This document shows positions 32,690 through 43,688 of a stretch of DNA of 64,000 nucleotides, piece after piece. A model generated the notes under the pieces. That model worked only from the letters and a program-made list of their open reading frames with translations, searched no databases and was not told where the DNA came from. Origin of the DNA: Candidatus Bathyarchaeota archaeon (GTDB lineage: Archaea; Thermoproteota; Bathyarchaeia; Bathyarchaeales; Bathycorpusculaceae); the NCBI GenBank assembly GCA_963775685.1, contig CAVZJV010000001.1, forward strand, positions 44,945 to 108,944. The letters are read 5' to 3'. How positions within the stretch are numbered: position 1 is the stretch's first letter; every line of letters begins with the position of its first letter. The position numbers and the translations under genes were made by a program.

Positions 32690-33642
32690 TAATTGCCGGC
32701 TATCAAATTTGTCTGGGTAATGGGTATTTGCTTAAATGAGCTTTAATTTGTCTTCTTTTTATCTCCTTAAAATCTTTGCGTCGGAGCAAAATTTTTGTGT
32801 ACCAAATTGCATTTTGTATTAAAGAACTTCTTCTGAGAGCAAGAACTTCCATTACTGAGAGGTAGCATGCAAGTGTGTGTTTTTATTTTTTGTTCTTGTT
32901 GAGAGAGTAACATAGAGAGTTGGGTTTGGGGATTAAATCTTAATCTTTTTCCCTTTCGTAACTTCCTAACTACTTAACTTCTCTCCACTCCTATCTACTC
33001 CTCTTCTCACAAAATACAAAACCTAAACCTAAAAAAATAAAACTCACACACAAAGACTATATGAATAATATCAGTTGAATAATATCAGTCAGTCATCTTG
33101 TTTATTCGAGATAGTCAAAGTTCTTTTTTAGATTTTTATTTTAGAATTTGACATATTTCTTTATTGTTCGAACATTTGTTCTATGGAAAAATGACATAAA
33201 AATTCAGCAATTTCCCAAGTTCATAAAGTATGTCGATTGTCTGTTCCCTAACTTTAATTGTGCCGTTGTTTTAAATTTCAAAATTAAAATGTGCTATGGC
33301 ATTCTTAATTTTCGATTTGCCTCATTGTTAAATAATTCAAAACCAAGTTCTTTCAAGAACGCTTCTTTAATCAGAGCATACCAATGTCTGAAATGGCTTC
33401 AAAATAACGTGCAAATCTATTTTCGAATGAATTATAAAGGTCATATCCCAGCAAAACAAGCAAAAAACACACATAATTCATACCGTTGGAAAATCCTCCT
33501 TCTACAAGAGGCAAGTAAAATATCAGTTAAGAGAAAAGGGTATTGGCATTTCTTTCTATTGATAAAATATATGTACCGAATTTCGTTCGAATAGAGTTTT
33601 CTGGTAAAAGCGGAGCTTCTTAGAAGTAATAGAGTGACCCGT

Positions 33643-33990
33643 TTAGTCGCTGTTTCTCTCTTGAAGTTTCCTTGCTTCTCTTTGAATCTGTTCTAGAGCA
33701 TATGCAATTAGTAAGCATAGACCGTTGTTTCCCACAAGCATTTCGCTGTCTTTTAATGAAGTAGCCATATCGTAAAAAATATTCTCAATTTCTTCTTCTG
33801 CATCGGGTTGCAACTTTAGTAATGATAAGTCAAGGTGTGTTTCTGCAAAAGGAAATTTCTCTTGCAGCTCTCGAAGTATTGTTCTTTGTTCGCATAACTG
33901 CCTGGTTTCTTTTATCGGCATACCTTTTCCTTTGTCAACGAGCATGTTCAAATTAAAAGTCAAATAGGTCAATAGGCTGATTTTTACCAT
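33643..33990 (-). CDS. hypothetical protein, possibly a fragment
   Basis: ORF only. Confidence 0.35.
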   Translation of the reverse strand: MVKISLLTYLTFNLNMLVDKGKGMPIKETRQLCEQRTILRELQEKFPFAETHLDLSLLKLQPDAEEEIENIFYDMATSLKDSEMLVGNNGLCLLIAYALEQIQREARKLQERNSD

Positions 33991-34428
33991 GTATTGAACC
34001 TCATAGCAGTGTCATTCGAATCGATTATTAGTTTTTCTATCTTTGCTTTAGCACGAAGAATCTAAAAAATTAAGCTTCGGTTTTTCGTCCTTCAAAACTA
34101 ACTTGTAACATTCACATTTAGGTTTAGTACATACTCTATCTAAAAAATATGAATGTTCACTTTTAAGATGTCCGCACGTGCACATTTCATCTTTAATTTT
34201 AGCTTTTTCCATCAAGATTTCTCTGTGTTAAATAAACAACTTTAGCCTTGAAAAGGTTTTAGGTGTGGTTCTAATTAAATTTTGGTGCACACACACAATT
34301 TTTATTATATTTTTTTCAATAACCTATAAACCGCTAATTGCAAATAAACATTTATGGTGATAACGCTAAAATGGGTAAATAATCTTATGTTACTTTGTAT
34401 TATGTGAAGTAATGTGAGGGCTGCTTCG

Positions 34429-34665
34429 ATGGTGAAAAATGTAATCGATTTAAATGAAAGGGACAGCCGAGTAATCAACATAGTTAAGGCAAAGTATGGG
34501 CTCAAAGATAAAAGCCAAGCTTTAAGCATAATTATCCAGCATTATGAAAAGTGTGAACTTGAACCCCCGCTTAGACCCGCGTTTGAGAAGGAAATAGAGG
34601 AAACCGTTAAGAACGGCAAATTTGTCAAAGTTAAGAATTTCGCGGAAGACTACGGGCTAAAGTGA
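34429..34665 (+). CDS. DUF2683-family antitoxin, copy 1
   Basis: NIVKAKYGLKDKSQAL..ELEPPLRP; near-identical to 44347-44583. Confidence 0.75.
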   Translation: MVKNVIDLNERDSRVINIVKAKYGLKDKSQALSIIIQHYEKCELEPPLRPAFEKEIEETVKNGKFVKVKNFAEDYGLK

Positions 34666-34700
34666 TTGCTTGTGCAGCCTTGAAATTGAGGAAGAAAGAA

Positions 34701-35099
34701 ATGACAAAAGAAGATATTTACAAAGACTATGGCAAGTTCAGCGGTGTCAAAAGTAGGTCAAAAACCAAAACACAAAAACCTCCAAAGAAACTAAACCAGT
34801 GTTCCAAATGCGGCAGAGTAGGCGACGAAATGACTAAACACTCCCTCACAGGTGAACATAAGCCACCTTTCATATGGCTGTGCAGGCAACCATGCCACGA
34901 CGAAGTGCACAAGTTCGGCCTAAAAATGACAAAAGAACAAAAAGCAGCACTAAAGCGGCAGCCACCCTGCAGCATACAATTTCCCACAGAAAACAACATA
35001 GCCAATCCTTATACAAAACTGATTGAGCCTGAATCGCTGGAGGGGGAAAAATTCAAGCAGTCTTTCAAGCGAATAAATTCTGAAAATGAAGAAACGTAA
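34701..35099 (+). CDS. HNH-like Zn-binding protein
   Basis: CSKC..KH..LCRQPCHDEVH pattern. Confidence 0.5.
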   Translation: MTKEDIYKDYGKFSGVKSRSKTKTQKPPKKLNQCSKCGRVGDEMTKHSLTGEHKPPFIWLCRQPCHDEVHKFGLKMTKEQKAALKRQPPCSIQFPTENNIANPYTKLIEPESLEGEKFKQSFKRINSENEET

Positions 35100-35104
35100 T
35101 ACTC

Positions 35105-35170
35105 GAGAACAAACTGTAGAAGAAGAATAAATCGTGTTTTTTCCAAGCAGCACATGTTTTTTTTCTTTCA
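35105..35170 (+). repeat. REP-like repeat copy (degenerate right arm)
   Basis: GAGAACAAACTGTAGAAGAAGAA matches 45869-45891 GAGAACAAACTATAGAAGAAGAA. Confidence 0.6.
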
Positions 35171-35420
35171 AACTTCAGCATTGCAGTACTCTCAAGAGAA
35201 GAAGAACAACATTTGAAAAATATTGCAGATTAAAGCGTTTTTCTATCGATTGCATGCAATGTTGCAGCAACCAACAATTGGTTAACTGATAGAAGAAGAA
35301 ACGTAATAGATATGGATACAGGTTTAACCCTGCTTTCGATGGGGTTAAAGAGTTATAATTAATGAACAGTTGAAAACTGGCTGCTAACTTTTTTCTATCA
35401 GTTCATCCTTGCGTTTGTGT

Positions 35421-37306
35421 TTATGGTTGTTTGATGGTGAGGATGCGTCCATAGTTGCTGTGGACGTTGATTATTCGTGTTTCGCTTTGGGCTATGTTGC
35501 CTATGTCTTGGTATCCAGGAAGTTCATCGATGTAGTTGCCTGCAAAATCGAAGGTGAATGGCACGTTTTGTTCTTGGTCGCTAAAGTTTAATGCTATCAG
35601 GCTAAAGTTTTGGCCGTCGACACGGTGGAAAATAAGGATTCCTTTTTTTGTAGGTTGGCTTGGTCGTCATGGAAATAAGCTTCTCCTTGTCTTATTTGGG
35701 GGTTTTTTCTGCGGATTTTAATAAGGTTTCTGACGAGACCGACTGTTGATTTGCCGATCTGATCGTAGAAGTAGTCCCAGCGTACTGGTCGGAAAAGAAG
35801 CACACGTCCCATTGATGCGGTGTCTGAGGGGTTTGGCAGGTAATAGTTTTCTGCGAATTCTTGGCCTTGCCAAAGCAGTGGAATCCCTTTAGCCATGAGC
35901 ATCCCGATTAGGTATGGTTGCAGTTTATAGAATAAGCTTCTGTTTCCCTGCCAAATTAGCGGATCTCCCTCTACATTGCTGAAGTTGCAGATGAATCGTG
36001 AGTGGTCATGATTTTCAAAGTATTGGAGCGCAGTCTTTTTCAGAGTGTCTCCGTTGGTGGTTTGTACTCTTGGGAATTGGTCAAGGCAAAACATGAAGCC
36101 CAAATTTGTAAGTTCGTTCATGTTTCCTTTGGCGATTTTTTCGCCTGCGTTAAGGGTTTTGTCTTGCCAGGTTGTGTTTGAGTAGCTCTCTGTTAGAATT
36201 CCTTTTGGATCGTTTAGTTGTTCGGCACATTGGATAAGATTGATTTTTTCGTTATTGTAGAATCGTTGCCAATCTGGGTCATCTTTCTTTGATTTTATTA
36301 GTTGATACGTTTGGTACGTAAGTGCCGCATATTTATTTCCGGTGGGGCCATCCCAAAAATTAGGGACATTATCGTAGCGGAATCCATCTATGTGGAATTG
36401 TTTGAGCCATTGGTAGTTGACTGTGTAGAAGAAATTTTGTGTGAATGCTTTGTCGTAATTGGGAGTTTTTCCGTATTCATCGGTGCCTTTTATGAAGGGG
36501 TTGTCTTGGTACTGTAGAGCATCGTAAATGTAGAAGTAGGCAAAGTCGGCGGCTGTGTGGGCGTATACTGAGTCAACGATAACTGCTATTCCATGTTGGT
36601 GCGCTGCATCGATGAGTTTTTGCATATCTTTTCTGTTTCCAAAGCGTTCGTCCACGCCAAAGTAGCCGATGGGTAAGTAGCCCCAATCTATTGTTGCTGC
36701 AACATTGGATAGAGGCATTAGCTCTATGCAGTTTATCCCTAAGTCTGCTAAGTAATCTAATCTGGCTATGGTTTGATCGACGCTTCCGCCAAATTCGTTA
36801 ATCATTAACTCATAAATTATTAGGTCTTCTAGATCTGGCGTTTTCCAGGTGGCTTCGCTTGGACTCCATTGGTATGGCTTGTAGCCTAAGGTTATGGCTG
36901 AGAGTTTGCCTATGCCAAATTCACTGGCGCAGGGGTCGATAATCCAATCTAGCAGTTTTTGGGGGTATTTGCTTTCGTCTAGGTTTGGGTTTTCCAAACA
37001 GTATCGGTAGACGTATCGTCCATTGGTTCCCCAGACTGAATCTGGTGTAGGTTTAGCAATTGACGGTATGTCTAGACTTGTTGACCAGTAATCACCATAA
37101 TCCGGATCTGTTGAATGATCCAATTCAAATTTGAGAGGCTGGATATTTTGAAGAAACTGATCTTTCTCGTGGATAATTTTGACGAAAAGCTTGTTGCCGT
37201 CAACGGCTGATATCCATGGTAAAAAGATTCCAAAATTAACGGTTCCTATTGGTCCTTCACGAGCACCTAGTTTAGTTAATGGCAGAAGTTTCAAAAGAAT
37301 CCCCAT
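35421..37306 (-). CDS. GH13 alpha-amylase family (branching enzyme/TreZ-like), frameshift near 35645
   Basis: IIYELMI, GINCIELMP, WGYLP, DSVYAH, IDGFRYD, ENHDH and GIPLLWQGQE motifs; C-terminal beta domain in a second frame. Confidence 0.85.
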
Positions 37307-37365
37307 AAGCTAAATGGTAATTCTAGTTTTTTAACACTCCTACGTTAGGAAGATTAAGAAAAAGG

Positions 37366-37410
37366 GAAGCTGTTGTTTACCTTGAAATTTCACATAGAAC
37401 AGCTACTTCT
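37366..37410 (+). repeat. REP-like palindrome variant
   Basis: GAAGCTGTT-gtttaccttGAAATTTCAcatag-AACAGCTACTTC. Confidence 0.55.
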
Positions 37411-37656
37411 AAGATTATGTTTTTTTTAGCTTTCTCCTTTTAAATGCATAGGTTGCAGGCGATTTTTCTTAAAATTGTGGGACACAAAGAAGTGTCAAAA
37501 GATAGAATTCGAAAAGCTGAGCATGTTAACTACTGCACATAATGGTAGGTTCTAAACGTGGGTAAGTTATCGGTTCTCTATTGTAAGCGATGTAATTGTT
37601 TTTATTCTCAGAGCTTCATAGGGGTAATTTGGAAACAGAAGGAGTTGAAATGAAGA

Positions 37657-38646
37657 ATGAGCTGGGCATCTGATGCATGGAATTGGGTTAAAGATAAAGC
37701 AGGAGAGGTAGGTAATGCTATTGGGGATAGCGTAAAGACTTTTTCTGGAGGGTTAATTGACTTTTTTACTAATGCTAGTGCTGTGCTTGAACGGTTTAAA
37801 ACGGTTGAACAGCCGAAAATTGAGGCTATTATGGATTCGGTTGATGGTAACCTTGAGGAATCAAAAGAAGTTCTCGAACAAGTGGACAAACTATTTGTGA
37901 CAAAGAAGAAAATACCGCTTGGAGTAACGGAAATAGACCAACTGCCTGGTTTCACCAAATTGAAGCTTCAGTTTCTATTGGATGAAGTAAATAGCCTTGA
38001 GAGCTCAGTGACAAGGGATTTGACGTTGTTATCTCATTATAGAGCGATCAAGGCGGGTTTTCAGCCGACTGATTTACAGATTCAGAACGAGATTGATTCG
38101 ATAAAATTGGGCATTTTCTCTAAAAGTTCGCTTGATGATATAACAAAGAAATCTCTGGACAATGCTGCAAAAGAAACTGTAGCATACATGCCTCCACCAG
38201 TGCTTAGTTTAACAAAGGAACTTACTCCCACAATAGACAAATACTTTGCATTAAACTCCAGATATGAATCTTTCAAGGCATACCAGATTTTCCATTGGGG
38301 AGAAATCGACAAGCTACATGGAGAAATCGACAAGATTAAGTATGCATACATTGAGGAACCTGGCGTAATTCCGAGAACTTTAGCAAATATTGAGAATATT
38401 GTTGCCAGAGTCAATGCGGAAGAGCAACCAAGAATCGAGAAGATAATGGACTCAGTAAATGGAAACTTGGTGGAGTCGCAAGGGATACTCAACAAGATAA
38501 ATGGAATTGCAGGAAAAGTAACTGGTTTTGTAGGCAACAACACTCTATTGCTTAAGATCGGTATTGGCATTGCAGGTGCCGGAATTGTTCTTACCTTAAT
38601 ATTAATACCCATATTGTTAATCAGATGGATAGTTTGGGGCGTCTAG
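37657..38646 (+). CDS. hypothetical helical protein with internal duplication and C-terminal TM anchor
   Basis: EQPKIEAIMDSVDGNLEES and EQPRIEKIMDSVNGNLVES repeat; C-terminal TM helix. Confidence 0.7.
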   Translation: MSWASDAWNWVKDKAGEVGNAIGDSVKTFSGGLIDFFTNASAVLERFKTVEQPKIEAIMDSVDGNLEESKEVLEQVDKLFVTKKKIPLGVTEIDQLPGFTKLKLQFLLDEVNSLESSVTRDLTLLSHYRAIKAGFQPTDLQIQNEIDSIKLGIFSKSSLDDITKKSLDNAAKETVAYMPPPVLSLTKELTPTIDKYFALNSRYESFKAYQIFHWGEIDKLHGEIDKIKYAYIEEPGVIPRTLANIENIVARVNAEEQPRIEKIMDSVNGNLVESQGILNKINGIAGKVTGFVGNNTLLLKIGIGIAGAGIVLTLILIPILLIRWIVWGV

Positions 38647-38700
38647 CGAATATTCACTTTTTTATTAGCCCAAGAACCTTTTTAGTTTAGAAGCTAATTT

Positions 38701-40191
38701 TCAGTGTGAGCTTATGAGTTTTTTCCCGATTTTCAACACTTCTTTTACCATAGTCTCGAAGTCTTCCCGGCGACTCCTATGATTGGTGTTAGCCACACGA
38801 AGAACATATCTGCCATTGATTACTGTCCCTGTTAAAACGGCAATGCCGCTTTCCTGTAACTCAATGGCAATCTGCTTGTTAACTTCATCAAGCACAATGT
38901 CATCTACCTCAGTTGAAACAAACCGGAAGCAGACAATATTAAGGCTAATGGGTGCTGAAAGCTCCAGATCAGACGAAGCTTCGATTAGTTCGCCCAAATA
39001 AAACGCTTGATCGATGTTCTGCTGAATTATCCTAGCGTATTTCTTTGAGCCATGCTCTTTAATCGACATCCAAGCCTTAAGCGCGTGAAATCCTCGTGAA
39101 AGCTCATAACCGTAATCGCTAAACCAAGGTAAATCGCCTCCAGCAACACCGCGTTCTCCTTTCCCGTGAGCAAGGTAATCAGGCGTTAAAGAGAAAGCCT
39201 TACGATGATACTTTTCTTGCTGCACTAGAACACATCCAATTTCGTAGGGCATGTACATCCACTTATGCAGATCCAAAGCCAACGAGTCAGCCAACTCAAT
39301 TCCCATTACCAATTTTTTTGCTTTAGGCGACAGGCGAGCCCAAGCACCGAACGCTCCGTCAACATGGAACCAAAGTTTTTCTCTTCTGCATAAGGCAGCC
39401 AAGGAATAAAGGTCATCAACGCTTCCGGTGTTTGTTGTGCCTGCAGCTCCAACAACGCAGAAAGGCGCGAAGCCCTCTTTGCGGTCTTGTATGATGGCTA
39501 CATTGAGCTTTGCAACGTCAATTTGGAAATGATCGTTAACCGGCAACAATCGCAGGGCCTCATTTCCAAGTCCAAGAAGTTCAACCGCTTTCTGAATTGA
39601 ACTGTGGGCTTCTTCGCTGGCATAAAGCACCATCTTTTCAGGTGAAAGTTGCAGTCCTTTCTTACGTAGGTCAAAGCTTGCTTTCATGTTGCGCGCGACT
39701 GCTAAACCGATCAAGTTAGAAGCTGAGCAACCGCTGGTTAATATTCCGCTTGCTGAAGCTGGAAATCCAAGCATTTCCTTAATCCAGTCCAGGACCTGTT
39801 TTTCAACGTGGTTAGCGATATGGTTGCCCCCTCCATTGTTTGTGTTCATAGAGGTTGCCAACAGTTCGGCAAAGGCACCAGTTACGGTTCCCGTTCCCAG
39901 TATCCAACCCCAAAAGCGTGGGTGGATATTTCCCATTGGATACGGCAACACTTTTTCCACAAATTCCCGGTAGACTTCTTCAGGTTGTTCAGGATTGAGC
40001 GGCACGGGTGCAGTAAACTGGGATTTGACTTGATCGGGAATATTTTGCCAGACAGGACGCTCTCGAACAGTTTTCAGGTAATCTATTATGTCGTCAATCA
40101 TCTTGTGACCTAGCTTTCGAGTAGATTCCCAATCTTTAGGATCTAGCGTTTCTTCAGTCGTGGCTTTGTTGGTTTCTCGCGTCACATTCAT
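38701..40191 (-). CDS. PLP-dependent group II (aromatic amino acid/DABA-type) decarboxylase
   Basis: HPRFWG, AHSSIQKA, AGTTNTGSVD, WFHVDGAFG and LDLHKW (PLP lysine). Confidence 0.92.
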   Translation of the reverse strand: MNVTRETNKATTEETLDPKDWESTRKLGHKMIDDIIDYLKTVRERPVWQNIPDQVKSQFTAPVPLNPEQPEEVYREFVEKVLPYPMGNIHPRFWGWILGTGTVTGAFAELLATSMNTNNGGGNHIANHVEKQVLDWIKEMLGFPASASGILTSGCSASNLIGLAVARNMKASFDLRKKGLQLSPEKMVLYASEEAHSSIQKAVELLGLGNEALRLLPVNDHFQIDVAKLNVAIIQDRKEGFAPFCVVGAAGTTNTGSVDDLYSLAALCRREKLWFHVDGAFGAWARLSPKAKKLVMGIELADSLALDLHKWMYMPYEIGCVLVQQEKYHRKAFSLTPDYLAHGKGERGVAGGDLPWFSDYGYELSRGFHALKAWMSIKEHGSKKYARIIQQNIDQAFYLGELIEASSDLELSAPISLNIVCFRFVSTEVDDIVLDEVNKQIAIELQESGIAVLTGTVINGRYVLRVANTNHRSRREDFETMVKEVLKIGKKLISSH

Positions 40192-40794
40192 CCTCTGTTT
40201 AATCCCTATTGAATACTGGCTTTATTTGTTACTATAAAATTGTTAAATAATTTCAGCCGAAAGTTAACGTTCCAAACTATTCGCCTCATCTTTTTCTCGG
40301 TTTTTTGATTACAAAGCTATGTATGATGCGGTACAGGTTAGTACGAATATAAATTCCCAAGGCAATGGGGCTATTTTTTGGGGGCTTTTGTTCTAAAAAT
40401 GGTGCCGATCCTTTGTCTGTTATTGTTGCGGTTCGTAAAGAAGGAAGCCATCTGTAGGTGGTGCAGATTGAACGCCGTTTGGGGGAGAACTGGATAAGGC
40501 TTGGGTAAAGGGGGTATCTAATCATTTGCAGGCTAAAAATGAATTTGTGCTTAGCCAAGAAAAATTGAAAGATTCAGTTAAACGTGGAGTACTTCTAACG
40601 TTACGAGATACATTTGGTAAGAATGCCTTGTCTATTCCAAATAAGTTTACCCAACTTGTTGAAAGCGTTTATAAATAAGTTTTTTCTCCGGACTTAAAAA
40701 AAGACTAACTTGCTTCGTGGGTTTAAGACCGCAGCACAACCACCTCTCCCACGCTTCAAATATTTTAGAAGAAACAAACACTTCTCGCCTAACA

Positions 40795-40845
40795 GAAGTA
40801 GAAGTAGACCAGAAAATATTTCACTGTTCTTCTACTACCCATAAA
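40795..40845 (+). repeat. REP-like palindrome, reference copy
   Basis: GAAGTAGAAGTAGACCAGAAAATATTTCACTGTTCTTCTACTACCCATAAA. Confidence 0.85.
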
Positions 40846-40951
40846 GACCTCTCTTTGGGGTGGGTAAATCAACAACTTACGTTTTTCCAAACTAATCATT
40901 TCAAATTTATTAGTAAGTTTGTATCTGTTTATCATTAGTTCGGTGGGTTTG

Positions 40952-41188
40952 ATGGCTAAACCTGCGTATTTAGATGAGGACGACCTTAAACTTCTTTTTG
41001 AAACTAAACAAAAGTTAGATGAAGCTACCAAACTGATGGGTGAACTTATGGAAACCATTGATGTTTTAAATGATCCTGAAATGATGAAAGCCCTCAATCA
41101 AGGACAAGAGGACATTAAAGCTGGCAGAATCAAAGATTTGTGGTCGCTTCTAAAGGATGAGAAAGCGATGAAAACAAAGAACTCTTGA
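40952..41188 (+). CDS. orphan antitoxin-like protein (Phd/YefM C-terminal-like)
   Basis: ELMETIDVLNDPEMMKALNQGQEDIKAGR; no toxin gene follows. Confidence 0.65.
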   Translation: MAKPAYLDEDDLKLLFETKQKLDEATKLMGELMETIDVLNDPEMMKALNQGQEDIKAGRIKDLWSLLKDEKAMKTKNS

Positions 41189-41327
41189 GTTTATTTTGAA
41201 AGATGACACTGTTGTGTAAAATTGGTTTGCTTCATTATACCATCATGATTATCTCTTTGGCCAAGTCTCCTTTTTTTGAATGTAAAAGGGGTAAGGCTTA
41301 AGAATTTCGAAAACGCTATGCAATCAT

Positions 41328-41531
41328 ATGCTACGCTATAGAGTTATAATAGAAAAAGATGAAGATGGCATGCTTGTCGCTAAAGTTCCTGACTTGCCTG
41401 GTTGTGCTACCGAGGGAAAAACAAGAGTGGAACTTATGAAAAATGTCAAGGAAGCGATACAGGCGTACATTGAGGCGTTAAAGGAACATGGTGAGCCAGT
41501 TCCTATTGAAACGGTGCAAGTTAGTGTCTAA
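41328..41531 (+). CDS. hicB: HicB antitoxin
   Basis: YRVIIEKDEDG..VPDLPGCATEGKT..NVKEAI. Confidence 0.9.
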   Translation: MLRYRVIIEKDEDGMLVAKVPDLPGCATEGKTRVELMKNVKEAIQAYIEALKEHGEPVPIETVQVSV

Positions 41532-41781
41532 ACTAAAGACGCTTGATTATGATGTTGTATTAAAGGCTCTCGTAAAAATCGGCTATGTTGTTAATAATCA
41601 GAGGGGTAGCCACATCGTTATGCGATTTGTAGACAAACAAAAGTACATTACTTTATTTGGCTGTAGAAATAACGAGGTTATGGTGGTTATCCCTGCCCAT
41701 AAACCTCTGGGAAAAGGTATGTTACGTACCATTATCAGGGAAATTGACCTCTCAGTTGAGGAATTCAACGAGTTTCTTTGA
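41524..41781 (+). CDS. hicA: HicA mRNA interferase toxin
   Basis: QRGSH, VIPAHKPLGKGMLRTIIRE. Confidence 0.88.
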   Translation: MSKLKTLDYDVVLKALVKIGYVVNNQRGSHIVMRFVDKQKYITLFGCRNNEVMVVIPAHKPLGKGMLRTIIREIDLSVEEFNEFL

Positions 41782-41887
41782 AATCTTATTCAATGGAATT
41801 GAATTATGAGGGCTCCTATCGGTTTGGGGTTAAGCGGAGGGAATCTAGTTTGTTTCTGTTAATTAGAATAATCTGGGATTAGACTGA

Positions 41888-41937
41888 AAGTAGAAGTAGA
41901 CCAGAAATTTTTTCACTGTTCTTCTACTACCCATAAA
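41888..41937 (+). repeat. REP-like palindrome copy
   Basis: AAGTAGAAGTAGACCAGAAATTTTTTCACTGTTCTTCTACTACCCATAAA, 2 mismatches to the 40795 copy. Confidence 0.85.
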
Positions 41938-42165
41938 AACACCCATCTGTGGTTGGCGGTTGATTGCTGCCCATTAAAGTTGGATAAAGAAAAACTCACA
42001 ATAAAAAGTTGCGTTTTAATTGATGTTGTGGGGATTCGAACCTCTACTCGATAGAGATGTCACCGCTTGTCTTCTTTTTTTATTTGAATTACTAACTTTC
42101 TGAAGATGTGGAGAGATAGATAGAAAAAAAGTTGTAACTGGATTTAGTTTCTTTTGAAGAACAAT

Positions 42166-42771
42166 CTATCTTGTGATTTCTTTCTCTATCTTTTCAAATA
42201 GTTCTACAAAAGTCTGTTCCGGCTGAGCACCTACAATTGTATATTCATCATTTATAATAAACGTAGGAACACCAGTAATGTTGCGTTTTTTTGCTTCAGC
42301 ACAGTTATTTGCATATGTTTTTTGGAGCAAGGGGTCTTCCAACGCATTTTCAACATCCTTTTTTGTTAAGCCAATTTTCTTTGCTAAATCTATGATGACC
42401 TCGTCATTTCCGATGTCCAGGCAGTCTTCAAAGTAGGCTTTGAATATTGTATCAGTAAATTCTTCATTTTTGCCCATTATCCGTGAATATTCACCCACTA
42501 TAAGAGGTCGTCTTGAATTAGGCATCACCATAACATCACAAAAGTTCAAACCGTACTCTCTGCCTCTATTTCTCAAATGTTCTTACATTTCATTTGTTTG
42601 AGAAATGTATTTTCTTAAATCGACGCCGCAGATGGGCGTTTCTGGATGAATTTCAATTCCAACGTGTTCAAGCTCAATATCAAACTGATTTTTGAGTTTA
42701 TCAATAATAGCTTTGCCAAGGTAACAAAAGGGGCAAATGTAATCTGAAAACATTCTAATTTTTATCTTCAT
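42166..42771 (-). pseudogene. DsbA/FrnE-family oxidoreductase with in-frame TAA at 42583-42585
   Basis: SDYICPFCY, then ...NEM*EHLRNRG...ITGVPTFII.. GAQP in the same frame. Confidence 0.8.
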
Positions 42772-42779
42772 TAAATCGC

Positions 42780-43592
42780 CTATTGACTGTCTGGTTTTTT
42801 TCCTTCTTCTGTTTGCTTAGGTAACGAGTGCGCTTCTGTTGAAAAAGCACCGACGGTTTTAATCAGTTTTAGTCCTCTTTGAGTTATGACGTAGTCTCCT
42901 TTGGATGCTTCTTGCGCCATCAGATTTGCATCAATAAGCTTCTTTAGATGAAATGCTAAGTGGCCTGCCTTTAGATCTACTGTTCTGGACAATTCTGAGA
43001 AGCTTCGTTTTCCTTCGCTAACTGAAAATAGAATCTTGAGCCGTGAATGGTTTGAGAGCGGTTCAAACAGTGAATCAATGAGAAATTGAGTGTCAATGAC
43101 TTCAGGGTTCTTGGTTTTGTTACTGCCTTCAACTAATACAATTTCATGGTAGGCTCTTTTTTCACGCTTTAGCTTCTTATCAAAGTTGGAGAAACAGTTT
43201 CCGCATTGCTGACCTTTGGTCTTTTCAACCATTAACTCGTTTTCAGCTATTTTATCATCTAAGTCTGCAAGAGCTTCTTTTGTTCCAGATTGTTTGATAA
43301 CTTGTGTGTTTTCCTCTATTGTGTTTTTGTAATGCTCAAGGCATTTGTTTCTGTTTTGGCAATCTTCTTTGAGCAACGTTGCAATGTCTTGATTTAGAGA
43401 TTGCGACCTGTGGCCAGCATAGACCGATAGGTGATTTTGTATAAGAGTATCTTCAATTGCACGAAGACGTTCCTTCAAAACGGTTTCTTCTACCCTGTTC
43501 ATGTCTGTTCTTAAGCCTTTAATCTCCATCTTCAACTCAGCGATTGCACCAATTATGTAATCGTATGATGAATCCTTGCCTGTGTGAGTCAA
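42780..43592 (-). CDS. ArsR-like wHTH regulator with Cys-containing N-terminal domain
   Basis: PLSNHSRLKIL..SFSELS..GHLAFHLKKL..YVITQRG. Confidence 0.8.
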   Translation of the reverse strand: MTHTGKDSSYDYIIGAIAELKMEIKGLRTDMNRVEETVLKERLRAIEDTLIQNHLSVYAGHRSQSLNQDIATLLKEDCQNRNKCLEHYKNTIEENTQVIKQSGTKEALADLDDKIAENELMVEKTKGQQCGNCFSNFDKKLKREKRAYHEIVLVEGSNKTKNPEVIDTQFLIDSLFEPLSNHSRLKILFSVSEGKRSFSELSRTVDLKAGHLAFHLKKLIDANLMAQEASKGDYVITQRGLKLIKTVGAFSTEAHSLPKQTEEGKKPDSQ

Positions 43593-43688
43593 ATACTGTG
43601 CTTCCCTTTCATTTGCTGAGTATATTCTACTTCCCTAAAAGTATATTAGAGTTTTGCAGTTATGCTTACATTATAGGATGTGTGAATT

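Noticed and set aside
33148-33594. 148-aa ORF on the plus strand
   Set aside because: Atypical composition; more likely the shadow of a decayed minus-strand gene.
40717-41097. ORFs 40717-40938 (+) and 40789-41097 (-)
   Set aside because: Translations through the palindrome (EVEVDQKIFHCSST) or antisense to the antitoxin gene.
42583-42585. Recoded stop (Sec/Pyl) in the DsbA-like gene
   Set aside because: The codon is TAA, not TGA or TAG, and lies away from the CxxC site; most likely a point mutation or base-call error.
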